Positions 29,701 to 37,679 of a stretch of DNA of 64,000 nt are shown here, piece after piece. The number at the start of each line of letters is the position of its first letter. Position 1 is the first letter of the stretch. The stretch comes from Dehalococcoidia bacterium. Its GTDB lineage: Bacteria; Chloroflexota; Dehalococcoidia; Lucifugimonadales; JAGWBF01. Both the position numbers and the translations under genes were made by a program. Location: assembly GCA_965207935.1 (NCBI GenBank), contig CBDBNM010000002.1:77692-141691 (forward strand). Reading direction: 5' to 3'. Under the pieces are notes generated by a model that was given only the letters and a program-made list of their open reading frames with translations, did not search any database and was not told where the DNA came from.

Positions 29701-30303
29701 GGTTAGGTTGCTGGAGCCGACGGCGGCATATCGTCCCATCTCGCCGGAGAACAGGTACGCCTTGGCGTGAAGTCGATTCCTCGGCGAGCGGTGGTCCAGC
29801 ACCTGTTCGGGCAGCACCTTTCCTCTATCGGACCCGAGGAATCGCCTGACCTCCACCCCGTCCTTTCTCAGGAAGTCGGCCAGCGTAGTGACCCGCTCCC
29901 ATGCGGACAGGTCGAAGGCTGCCGCCTCCGGCGTCACTCCGCGTGCCAGAAGCTCCCGCCGTTCCTCGTGAGTCAGCAGCAGCCACGGGTAGCCGCCTTC
30001 GAGGAAGGTGTACCAGTCCACGGACTCCTCTGGGCCTCGAAGCTCGTCGCGGTCGCCGGGTTGGGACAGTACGTCTCCCGGCCCACGCCGATTCATGAAG
30101 GGCCGTTCTCCCAGCAACAGCCGCACTCTGGCGGCTCCCTCCATGCCATGCTTCAGGTCTAGGAATCCATCGGGTGTCAGGTATGCCGTTGCGATGCGAA
30201 TGTCCTGAGGGATGACGCGAGCCAGCGCACCGAATAGATGCTCCCGCATGAAGCCTGTTGTCGGCTCGTTGGCAACTGGAAGGACGTCTGTCTCATTGGT
30301 CAT
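26731..30303 (-). CDS. PLD-family (HKD) nuclease domain fused to an SNF2-family helicase
   Basis: 1190 aa. N-terminal motifs: IRIATAYLTPDGF...RLHAKAYLF...VGSSNLTKSG (HxK...GSxN). Then SNF2 motifs: DSVGLGKTYEG, ILVDESHNFRN, LMTATPINNS, ATDVLSEGQNLQD and WNPVRMIQRAGRIDR. Confidence 0.9.
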   Translation of the reverse strand: MTNETDVLPVANEPTTGFMREHLFGALARVIPQDIRIATAYLTPDGFLDLKHGMEGAARVRLLLGERPFMNRRGPGDVLSQPGDRDELRGPEESVDWYTFLEGGYPWLLLTHEERRELLARGVTPEAAAFDLSAWERVTTLADFLRKDGVEVRRFLGSDRGKVLPEQVLDHRSPRNRLHAKAYLFSGEMGRYAAVGSSNLTKSGLSENSELNLTSYDHDLTVQLEGWFDEKWELGQDCKAQFVQRLEECVLFGRRYTPWQVMLKSLHAAYGRFLEMGLSEEVMGRLAGFQQQAVQRCVALLRRHWGAMLCDSVGLGKTYEGLGILREFANQRSDDPQRARTSTRALIVCPAQLQDNWSTDRFAEWGIIATTVTMESLPSLVDIDEEPSPVQRQRLRAELKRYQDQYDVILVDESHNFRNPRTKRYRALMEIIRGGKPDTRVVLMTATPINNSVWDMYHQLMLITRGDDTWYAGRGPIPNLKTAFQAIEKGESDSGLLDTMMLSLVRRTRHDIRSMQDAGETMEVNGQPLRFPEHEIPKAVDYSLQGLYGNIYHDIIDAIEHLNFAVYRLDEYGVETGEKETSAQLKQRNANFVGIMRTILLKRMESSLAALTSTVRSLVDYLNLFLARLDQGHVLTPKQAYKLRGVLGGSLPDHDQDLEDMDPKAVAALQQELVAPEDVDLRGRLQADVEFDRDRLQTLLTRLQWLEEMLAEQGDPKAQAVRKLLEGLPKEDDQGQPTKVALFTTYKDTAQHLFKQFGGDVDSLKSTVRVQSNLKDARWMSLLTGGDDRNRRRSVLERFAPLAAHRETEPLDDPALLRKIEPLRAQGIELLIATDVLSEGQNLQDAQFLVNYDLPWNPVRMIQRAGRIDRLFSPHDKVYIYNLMPEHGLEDLLNLVQNLTRKIETIEEAVALDASVLGEQIEAKELDKVMQLRAGGVQADHVYREGERSQGLDAGAELLNRYLDMMKEFATEDVRDIPNGVYSVKKGMANGVYVMLKMPEEASGEVFWRFYPLGNVAQPLTSPSDVLSIVEAGRDEHRFEIPPNENPFKHLKEPLKAAVDQIGQAYLDAISAVTSDSFTRRIRQFLNRDDLLQSHPDLFSFFNEWVEMPLPSDATRRVVMRDPVRVINRLAPTRAEQGQVVQALTALRGAVQAEGLDRPIARPETRKPSVEDLELVAWELVVGPDGLARS

Positions 30304-30331
30304 AGTGGAGGAGTCTATGTTTACCTCGGAG

Positions 30332-30724
30332 CTACACTGAAACGATGCTCAGCCCCCGCATCCGCTCGAAATGCTGCGTGTTGTTGGTGAGCAGCGTCAG
30401 GTTGTTGCTTATCGCTGTGGCGCCTATCAGGATGTCCATATCTCCTATGAGATTCCCTTCTTCTCGCAGCCTGGCCCTTTCCGCGCCGAAGACCCGGCAG
30501 GCTTCATCGTCCAGCGGAACCACATTCACCGCTTCCAGGAACAGGCGCAGCGCCTCGGAGTCGGAATAAGGATTTCGGGATCGGGCCAGACCCTCGTAGA
30601 GTTCGGCCAAGGAAATTATGCTCATGCCGACTCCATCGGGCAGGAGTGCCTCCAACCGCCTGGCCGTTCTATCGGCCCTGTGCAGGTAGTCGATTGCCCA
30701 GTCTGTGTCCACGAGATACTCCAT
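30332..30724 (-). CDS. vapC: VapC-type PIN-domain toxin, with no separate antitoxin gene upstream
   Basis: 130 aa with YLVDTDWAIDYL, SLAELYEG, IGDMDILIGATAISNNLTLLTNN and HFERM. It starts 11 nt after the methyltransferase stop codon. Confidence 0.85.
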   Translation of the reverse strand: MEYLVDTDWAIDYLHRADRTARRLEALLPDGVGMSIISLAELYEGLARSRNPYSDSEALRLFLEAVNVVPLDDEACRVFGAERARLREEGNLIGDMDILIGATAISNNLTLLTNNTQHFERMRGLSIVSV

Positions 30725-30735
30725 GACGTTGGTTG

Positions 30736-33700
30736 CTAGAGCCTTGGTACGGGCCGCGTGCGGATGTCTCGGCTGGCGCGGATGTCTCTAATCAGTTCAT
30801 CCCCGTCAACACTCCATTTCCATGCACCGGCGGAGGCTTTCAAGGTGTTTAGTTTCCTCCAGTCCGACGGCATATCGGCACCCAACGCCTCGCGGCGTTC
30901 CCCAAGCCAATCGAGCATCAGTTTCCGTTCAGAAGCAGACAAGTCATACACATGAAAAACGATGGAGTCAATCTCCCGTTCGATACCCTCCAATTCTTCA
31001 GGCGAATTCTCAAAGCCAACTATTTCGTTTCCAAGCCGCTCGAGTTCAGCTTGGGCTTCGGTGCCGGGGGTTACGATAGGAGTTGGCTCGATGTAGCCAA
31101 TCTTGAACTCCTGAAACGAACCCCCGCGTGCAACCGTCAGCTTTGGGTAAAGGAAGTTGAGCACCGAAGAATTCATCATTGGCAACAGCCAACGCACTGG
31201 CTCAACTAGGAAGTTGGCAGGAGCGGAAATATACGCTTGGGATGTGTCTCTGGCAAATTTACTCTCTACTGCGAGGTTCCCCCACACAACTTTGGGGTGT
31301 TCGAACTCATGATAGAGACCCTCCTGCGGCTGTTGAAGCTCGTACCACGGGTGTAAATGTGCCGTAGCCCGCTCCTCAAGGTCGCTGCGAAACCACCTCA
31401 GATGGTCTCTGATGGCAGGATACTGATCTACGTCTACCCCACGACTCGTGAAGATGATGTAGAGTCCCGGTGAATGTGCCTTCCACCGCTTGATGTCCCG
31501 TCCGCGTAGCCACGGCTTGATGAGCTCCGCGCTTCGCGGGTCGTCCTCAATCAGTTCGTCACGCTTGTCCTGGTCTATGACGAACGCCTCGTTCAGACCT
31601 GTCTTGACGCCGTAGTACATGCGCCTATTGACGAACTCACCCAACGGAGTGCCCAGATTCATCAGCCGCTCGAAGAGGCGTATCAGGGCAGGATCTTCCA
31701 GAATCCAGCCATCCTTCTTCAGCATGACTTGGGGGAAATCGCCAATTGCGACCCTTGCGAGCAGCCCATCCAAGTCCTCCAACATGCCTCGCACCCTCTC
31801 GGTGTTGATTCTAAAGTCAGCTTCGGAGAGTTCCTTCCTAACGGGGGCGGATAGGTCGGCGACGGTCAGTGCGTGTCCCGCCATGTCATCTGCCCGGCGA
31901 CCCACTAACACAGCCGGGTACGCCGCGATAGCTTTGCCATTAGCTTCGAACAGAGGTAGATCGCCGAAATCGATTACGCTCTTTATGCGTAGTGAATTGG
32001 GCAAGTGTCCGCGGGTCCCCGCTCCATAGCCAGCCCGCATGTATTTGTTGCTGGTAATGAAGGCCAGCCAACCGCCGGGTCGAAGTAGTTGTAAGGCACG
32101 CGCGTAGAAGTAAACGAGGAGGTCCGCCCGTGAAGCGGCCACCTCCGGGAATGCCTCTCCATAGAAGAGTTCGTCCTCGTTGTCGATTCTCTCCATACGC
32201 ACATAGGGCGGGTTGGCAAGAACGATGTCGAAACCTGCCTCGGGATCGCCCTGTTGCAGGACATTGGGGAAGGCAACCGGCCACAGGAAGGGCTTCTGCA
32301 CTAGCGCGAAGTCCGTTGACTCCACTCCATCTCGAAGGGAGCGAATGCGCTCCATGAATCGGTCGGCTCTCCTCAGCGCGGCCTTACTGGGCTTCTCGGC
32401 TTTTCGTAGAGCCGCCCGCTTCTCCTCGGCCTTCCCCAGCGCATCTGTTAGGTGCAGAAGGATTATCTCCCGCTGGTCGCGGGCGATCAGGTCTCGCAAT
32501 TCACGGAGACGGGTCGGGTTTCTGTGTGTCCTCTCGAACTCCCTCCGCCGTTGGTCGATGTTGCGCTCCAATCTCTGGAGGCGGCTCTGGAGTTCCATGT
32601 CCAGTTGTATGCTTTTGGGCGCGGGCCAAGACTCCTTGAAGGTCACGCCCGCCACCCCGTCTACCAGCGAGTCGCCAGCCAGAATCTGAAAGTCCAGGTT
32701 GGGCAGTGCCCAATCGGAGTTCGGTTCAGGCGGCTCATCCATGTCCAACACCATAGAGAGCCAGAGGCGCAAGCGGCATATCTCAACGGCCTCAGGATTG
32801 ATGTCCACTCCGTAGAGGCTGCTCTCTATGATGCGCCGCTTCCATTCGCTCACTGTCCGGTAGAACTCGTTAGGCTCGACGTGGTTGCGCTGAGAGAAGA
32901 GAATCCCGCGACGCAGGGTCACCATCTCTTGGATGGTTCCTAGTAGGAACGCCCCTGAGCCGACGGCCGGATCGCAAACTCGCACCGTTTCCATCGCGTC
33001 GATGAGCGCATTAGCTGGGAAGTCTGGCAGAGGCTGATGCTCGTCCCTGGAACCAACGGCCTCTTGGCGCAGGGCCTCCAGGGTAGAATTTTCAACGCCG
33101 GTGGCATCACGCAAGTATCCGTCCAGGGCCTCCCGACACATGAAGTGGACAATCTCACGAGGGGTGTAGTAAGTGCCGGTGTCGTGACGCTCATCCCCCT
33201 GGTAGAGGTTCTCAAAGACCCGGCCTAGTAGCTCAGGATCTGGGTCAACGGATTGGTCGTCCGGCGTTGACTCTCTGGTGGTGAACCGATAGCGAGAAAG
33301 CAGGCCGAGGAGGGTTCGCTGCTGGCCTTCTTCACTATCGGCATCGGGGTCGAACACTTCGTCCGGCAGGGACACCTGCCCCGCGTCGTCGATGCGATCC
33401 TCCAGCGCGTTCCGACGGAACAGGCCACCATTTAGGTAGGGGACGTATCCCAGGACTGGGTGTTCGCTCCTACTGCTGCTCCCCGTCGCCATCGCATCGA
33501 AGAACATCGGGGTCAGGATGCCGCGATAGTATTCGCCCTCTTGCGTCTCTGCCCGTTTGTCCCAAAGATTCAGCAAGTAAGTCGGCGAACCCATCCCTCC
33601 GGGTGCTCCCAGCCAACGCTTGGCCTGAAGGAACCAGAGAAAGAGCACCCGGCCCATCTGTCGGGTGGCCCAGGCGCGGGCCTCCTCCTCGCCGAGAGAA

Positions 33701-34374
33701 GTGATTACGGGATGCTCCGGGTTGTGGGCTAGGAGCGCCTTGGCTATACGGTCCCGGACGGCGGCATACTCCTGGTAGAACCTGGTGGTTACGCGCTCAA
33801 CGCTGAATTGTTCTTGCCACAGTCTCGACACTTCCAAGAGGCTCGCCTCGTGCGGGATGCGCAAACCGCGCAGCAGATCTCGATGGAACCGAGTCGGCTT
33901 GTCCAAGTCGAGGTGGGCACGGACGCTGGTCACAGACCCGTTGGAAGCCCTAATCTGCGTGCGGGGAAAGACCAACTCAGCCTCGCGTCGCGAGTCGTTG
34001 GATGGAGGAACCAACAAGGCTAAGGCCCGCCTGTCAGGTACATGTTCTACCAGAGCGCGGGTGATGCGCCTTCGCGACCGATCCCTATCTGACGATTTGT
34101 AACCCCAGTCCGAGAGTACGCCGATCCACAGTCCAGCTTCCGCCGGTTCTGCCTTGCAACTCCCTACCCGATAGAGTTCGCTTACCCCGAAGCCTCCGTC
34201 GCCTCGGCCACGCAGAAACTGTTTGAGTCCGCCAGAAAGAGCACCAGCCAATCGGTCCTCTGGGCTCGGGACTGGGTCGAAACCCAAGAACGCGGCCAAG
34301 CTCCCCGCCCTCTGGGGATCGCCGCCGAAGTCCTGAAGGATACTGGCTACGTTACCGTCAGCGCCTAAAGTCAT
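30736..34374 (-). CDS. large N6-adenine DNA methyltransferase (Eco57I / type IIG / BREX PglX-like gamma class) with extra N- and C-terminal regions
   Basis: 1212 aa. Motif I is VCDPAVGSGAFLLG and motif IV is VLANPPYVRME. A TaqI-C-like region follows. The usual family C-terminus (VYDLSASERKLM) is followed by ~50 additional residues. Confidence 0.9.
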   Translation of the reverse strand: MTLGADGNVASILQDFGGDPQRAGSLAAFLGFDPVPSPEDRLAGALSGGLKQFLRGRGDGGFGVSELYRVGSCKAEPAEAGLWIGVLSDWGYKSSDRDRSRRRITRALVEHVPDRRALALLVPPSNDSRREAELVFPRTQIRASNGSVTSVRAHLDLDKPTRFHRDLLRGLRIPHEASLLEVSRLWQEQFSVERVTTRFYQEYAAVRDRIAKALLAHNPEHPVITSLGEEEARAWATRQMGRVLFLWFLQAKRWLGAPGGMGSPTYLLNLWDKRAETQEGEYYRGILTPMFFDAMATGSSSRSEHPVLGYVPYLNGGLFRRNALEDRIDDAGQVSLPDEVFDPDADSEEGQQRTLLGLLSRYRFTTRESTPDDQSVDPDPELLGRVFENLYQGDERHDTGTYYTPREIVHFMCREALDGYLRDATGVENSTLEALRQEAVGSRDEHQPLPDFPANALIDAMETVRVCDPAVGSGAFLLGTIQEMVTLRRGILFSQRNHVEPNEFYRTVSEWKRRIIESSLYGVDINPEAVEICRLRLWLSMVLDMDEPPEPNSDWALPNLDFQILAGDSLVDGVAGVTFKESWPAPKSIQLDMELQSRLQRLERNIDQRRREFERTHRNPTRLRELRDLIARDQREIILLHLTDALGKAEEKRAALRKAEKPSKAALRRADRFMERIRSLRDGVESTDFALVQKPFLWPVAFPNVLQQGDPEAGFDIVLANPPYVRMERIDNEDELFYGEAFPEVAASRADLLVYFYARALQLLRPGGWLAFITSNKYMRAGYGAGTRGHLPNSLRIKSVIDFGDLPLFEANGKAIAAYPAVLVGRRADDMAGHALTVADLSAPVRKELSEADFRINTERVRGMLEDLDGLLARVAIGDFPQVMLKKDGWILEDPALIRLFERLMNLGTPLGEFVNRRMYYGVKTGLNEAFVIDQDKRDELIEDDPRSAELIKPWLRGRDIKRWKAHSPGLYIIFTSRGVDVDQYPAIRDHLRWFRSDLEERATAHLHPWYELQQPQEGLYHEFEHPKVVWGNLAVESKFARDTSQAYISAPANFLVEPVRWLLPMMNSSVLNFLYPKLTVARGGSFQEFKIGYIEPTPIVTPGTEAQAELERLGNEIVGFENSPEELEGIEREIDSIVFHVYDLSASERKLMLDWLGERREALGADMPSDWRKLNTLKASAGAWKWSVDGDELIRDIRASRDIRTRPVPRL

Positions 34375-34877
34375 GACGCAGACTCCACACCGTCAATGAT
34401 CTTAACTGTGGCGTGCTCGAAATCCATCCCGAACTTCGCACAGTCAAACGGATCGGGATAGACGATGGCCCTGTCAGGTTCCTTCGGAAACTTCACGGGC
34501 AGCCACCGCTCCACCTGCACGTTCTCCTCCCTAAACTGCTGCAGGACCGCCAGCACTCTCTTGGCCTCGTTCACCGCCCTGTCGTAAGTGGGATGCTCAG
34601 ACTGATAGTCGGGGAACGGTAGACCTAAACCCCACCCCATGAACCCAACCCTGTACCTAATCATCTCATTCGCGAGTCGCTTCATCTCAGCGTCAGTCAA
34701 CTCGTAATGCTCCCTGATAGCCTCGGCACTGATGCGGTACTCGCGGGCGGCACCCTTTACCCGTACCTTGGACGCCTCAAGCCGTCCATCTACGATTCGC
34801 TGGCGGACAGCCTGGGGCGTGATCCCAAAGAATTGGGCCACTTCAGGCACGGTGTACATTCTCTCTTTGGTCATCAC
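34371..34877 (-). CDS. excisionase/MerR-type HTH DNA-binding protein with an unknown C-terminal domain
   Basis: MYTVPEVAQFFGITPQAVRQRIVDGRLEA is an Xis-family HTH. It has a 4-nt ATGA overlap with the methyltransferase start and lies ~240 bp from the right junction. Confidence 0.65.
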   Translation of the reverse strand: MMTKERMYTVPEVAQFFGITPQAVRQRIVDGRLEASKVRVKGAAREYRISAEAIREHYELTDAEMKRLANEMIRYRVGFMGWGLGLPFPDYQSEHPTYDRAVNEAKRVLAVLQQFREENVQVERWLPVKFPKEPDRAIVYPDPFDCAKFGMDFEHATVKIIDGVESAS

Positions 34878-35114
34878 GCCTAACTCACGCCTTCCATCGA
34901 GTCGAGTAGCGAAGCAATTCTAGCAAAGCACCGCAATCGACACAACCTAGCAAAGGCGAGAAAGAAATGGGAAATTGGGGACTGGTTGGGTTTGCGCGCA
35001 CCTCTGCGGATGAGGACCGCAGGGGTGCGGAGGAATCTCAGTCTCGTGGACCCACCACCCAAGCCGTCAATGTAGAGTCCCTGACTACACCTCCAGCTTG
35101 AAGGTCAAGGCGAA

Positions 35115-35148
35115 GGTTCTTGATTTTATCAAGCTTGGTGGGCCCGGA
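35115..35148. repeat. right junction (attR-like): GGTTCTTGATTT, 8 nt, then TTGGTGGGCCCGGA (the 3' end of tRNA-Ile)
   Basis: GGTTCTTGATTT is the exact reverse complement of 17383-17394. The core overlaps the tRNA acceptor/CCA end. Confidence 0.5.
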
Positions 35149-35212
35149 TAGACTCGAACTATCGACCTCGGTCTTATCAGGACCGCGCTCTAACCACCTG
35201 AGCTACGGGCCC
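35136..35212 (-). tRNA. tRNA-Ile (anticodon GAU), CCA encoded
   Basis: The minus strand folds as GGGCCCG TA GCTC AGGTGGTTA GAGC G CGGTC CTGATAA GACCG AGGTC GATAG TTCGAGT CTATC CGGGCCC A CCA. Confidence 0.9.
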
Positions 35213-35332
35213 ATCCTGAAGAAGGCCATTTTAGCAACGCAGCAGCCTTCAGCGCAAGCCTGAACCCCGCCTACGGGGTGCTATAATCGCGTGGTCATCA
35301 GCCATCAACATCCCCCCAAACGGAGCTAGACC

Positions 35333-35620
35333 ATGATCGGCGTTCTCACCCACCACTGGGCTAAGGAGGACCGGGTCGAAGCCGCCCGGACGCTCCTGGA
35401 TGGCAACGGCCTCGCCCAAAGCAAAGCCCCCGGCTTCGGCGGCCGACAGACACTGTACTCCCATACCGATCCCTACAAGATCACCACCCTGGTGCTCTGG
35501 GACAGCAGCGAGATCTACGACCAGTGGCGGGCCAGCCCCGAGCGGGCGGCAGCCATGGCAGGCGCCGAGGAGCTGTGGTCCTCGCCTCCCCAGTCCGAGC
35601 GCTTCGAAGTGGCCGGCTAG
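35333..35620 (+). CDS. small ABM (antibiotic-biosynthesis-monooxygenase-like, dimeric alpha/beta barrel) protein
   Basis: 95 aa. The pattern ...TLLDGNGLAQSKAPGFGGRQTLYS...ITTLVLWDSSEIYDQW fits the ABM fold. Confidence 0.45.
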   Translation: MIGVLTHHWAKEDRVEAARTLLDGNGLAQSKAPGFGGRQTLYSHTDPYKITTLVLWDSSEIYDQWRASPERAAAMAGAEELWSSPPQSERFEVAG

Positions 35621-35649
35621 GCAGGGGATCCTTGGCCACCTCAGACCAG

Positions 35650-36105
35650 GTGCACATCAGGAAAGCCACCCCGGACGACATAGAGGTCCTGGTAAGCTTC
35701 AATGCCTCCATGGCTATGGAGACCGAGGGGAGGTCTCTGGACACAGTCACCCTCAGACAGGGCTCCCAGGCTGTCTTCGCTTCGCCCCAGAAGGGCTACT
35801 ACCTGGTGGCTGAAGCCAATGGCGAGGTGGTGGGAAGCCTTCTGTGCATGGAGGAGTGGAGCGACTGGCGTAGTGGCACCTTCTGGTGGATACAAAGCGT
35901 GTACGTTCGCCCAGACTGGCGGCGCAGGGGCATCTACCGCCGACTCCACAACTGGCTGCACGATGCTGCCAGGGACGCCGATGGTGTGTGCGGTGTGCGC
36001 CTCTATGTGGACAAGGACAACCACATCGCCCAGGAGACCTACGCCAGCCTGGGGATGTCCAGGACCAACTACGACCTGTACGAGATCGACTTTGCACCCC
36101 CCTAG
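35650..36105 (+). CDS. GNAT-family N-acetyltransferase
   Basis: IRKATPDDIEVL..., then WWIQSVYVRPDWRRRGIYRRL (acetyl-CoA motif A). Start placed at GTG 35650. The upstream part of ORF 35524 is Arg/Gly-rich and non-protein-like. Confidence 0.75.
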   Translation: MHIRKATPDDIEVLVSFNASMAMETEGRSLDTVTLRQGSQAVFASPQKGYYLVAEANGEVVGSLLCMEEWSDWRSGTFWWIQSVYVRPDWRRRGIYRRLHNWLHDAARDADGVCGVRLYVDKDNHIAQETYASLGMSRTNYDLYEIDFAPP

Positions 36106-36808
36106 GCGCACCCTTTCCTACTCCCGCATTATCCACCTTTCCCACATCATTGACCCCGACATTCCGGCTTGGCCCGGCGACCCTCCCGTAGAGATGGAGC
36201 AGGTCGCCGACATTGCCACCGACAGTTTCTTCCTCAGGCGCATCTCCATCGGGGAGCACTCGGCAACCCACATGAATGCCCCCGTTGGCTTCCATGAAGG
36301 CGGGGCAGGCATCGAAAGCTACGAGGCCGGCTCCCTTATGGCTCCCGCCATCGTGATCCACCTGGCCGACCTTTCTGGGAGGGCGGAACAGGATGATCTT
36401 TCCGTGAGGGACGTCGCCGCGTGGGAGGCAGTCCATGGGCCCGTCCCAGAAGGCAGCTTGACGCTGGTGAACACCGGCTGGAGCGAGCGCTGGCGGGACC
36501 GGGACGCCTACATGAACGTCGACGCCTTGGGATTGCCACGATATCCGGGCATTGACGTAGAAGCTGCCCGGATTCTCCTAGAGGAACGGGGAGCCGCCGG
36601 ACTAGGGATAGACAGCCCCGGCATCGATTCCCACCGGGACGGGAACTACGCCACCAACCGCCTGGCATTGGCCCAGGGGCGCATCGTGCTGGAAAACCTG
36701 ACCAACCTGGAGGAACTTCAGCCCACCGGGGCGACCATTTTCATAGGCGCCCTACGGCTCAGGGGAGGGTCCGGCAGCCCGGCGGCGGTGCTGGCCTTGC
36801 TGCCCTGA
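36092..36808 (+). CDS. putative cyclase / kynurenine formamidase-like protein
   Basis: IIHLSHIIDPDIPAWPGDPP...IGEHSATHMNAPVGF...GIDSPGIDS matches the cyclase family (HxGTHxDxPxH-like). There is no ATG, so TTG at 36092 is proposed. The N-terminal 130 aa of ORF 35702 overlap the GNAT gene and are rejected. Confidence 0.7.
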   Translation: MHPPRRTLSYSRIIHLSHIIDPDIPAWPGDPPVEMEQVADIATDSFFLRRISIGEHSATHMNAPVGFHEGGAGIESYEAGSLMAPAIVIHLADLSGRAEQDDLSVRDVAAWEAVHGPVPEGSLTLVNTGWSERWRDRDAYMNVDALGLPRYPGIDVEAARILLEERGAAGLGIDSPGIDSHRDGNYATNRLALAQGRIVLENLTNLEELQPTGATIFIGALRLRGGSGSPAAVLALLP

Positions 36809-36817
36809 GGCCGTGAG

Positions 36818-37507
36818 CTACAGCACCACCGGGATCTGCTCAGTGATCGCAACCTCCGAGGTGCTCACCCTGCACCTGAAGGCGTAGGCTTCCACCCCCT
36901 GCTCCACGGCCTCACGCAGGGCCTCGCCAAAGTCGGGGTCCGACTCGTCGTTGGGCGACACGGAACCGGCATCCTCTCTCTGCACTACGAACACCACCGC
37001 TCCCCGGTAGCTTTCCTTCACCTTTTCGGCGAGGGTCAGCACATGCTTGCGCCCCCGAGTGGTGGGCGCATCCGGGAAGATGCCCGAGCCGTCCACAACG
37101 AGGGTGACCGACTTCACCTCCACCAGGCAGGTACCACCCTCCCCCGACAGGGCCATATCCAGGCGGCTGTCGCCATAGGTCGCCTCCAGCCTGATGCCGT
37201 CATACCCAGCAAAGCAGTCCAGCCTGCCCTGGACCTGGGCTTCGTGCACCAGCTTGTTGGGCAGCCTGGCGTCGGCGGACGCCAGAGTGTGCCCCAGGTC
37301 CACGAGGGCAAGGTCGAAGGCGGTCTTCCGGTGCTCCCCCGCAGCCCGGGCCACGTAAACCCGCCGGCCCTCCACCAGGAGCTCCTTCTTGCGCCCTGAA
37401 TTGGCGACGTGGACAAGGGTTTCTTGCCCATTTATGTCAACGTGGGCAGCAAAGCGGTTCAGCCGTCGAATGAACCGGGCTTCGACTAGCCTGCCAAGCT
37501 TGACCAT
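36818..37507 (-). CDS. sfsA: sugar fermentation stimulation protein SfsA (nuclease-fold DNA-binding protein)
   Basis: 229 aa with FIRRLNRFAAHVDING..., LVEVKSVTL, FPDAPTTRGRKHV and VFVVQR. Confidence 0.85.
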   Translation of the reverse strand: MVKLGRLVEARFIRRLNRFAAHVDINGQETLVHVANSGRKKELLVEGRRVYVARAAGEHRKTAFDLALVDLGHTLASADARLPNKLVHEAQVQGRLDCFAGYDGIRLEATYGDSRLDMALSGEGGTCLVEVKSVTLVVDGSGIFPDAPTTRGRKHVLTLAEKVKESYRGAVVFVVQREDAGSVSPNDESDPDFGEALREAVEQGVEAYAFRCRVSTSEVAITEQIPVVL

Positions 37508-37679
37508 ACCACCGGCTCCTTGGTGCGGGTATGAGAACTACCTTGGTGTGAGTGAGGCTGTGCCCATCTTACCAACGGCCTCAATGACCCGGCAACCGGT
37601 CACGACGCAATGGCTTAAGGGCGGGTGGGCAGATATAATTGCCAGCAAATCATTGGGGTGGTGGAACTTGGCATCGTTC

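Larger units (their letters stand above)
17363..35148 (-). mobile_element. putative ~17.8-kb integrative (defence) island inserted at the 3' end of tRNA-Ile, next to cobO
   Basis: Flanking direct repeat TTGGTGGGCC(C)GGA. Internal perfect 12-bp inverted repeats. A large serine recombinase gene lies at the left edge. All cargo genes are on the minus strand. Confidence 0.55.

Noticed and set aside
35702-36091. N-terminal 130 residues of the 368-aa tracked ORF; likewise 35524..35649 and 37389..37679
   Set aside because: These extensions overlap better-supported neighbouring genes (GNAT, sfsA) and look non-protein-like. Shorter starts fit the family lengths.
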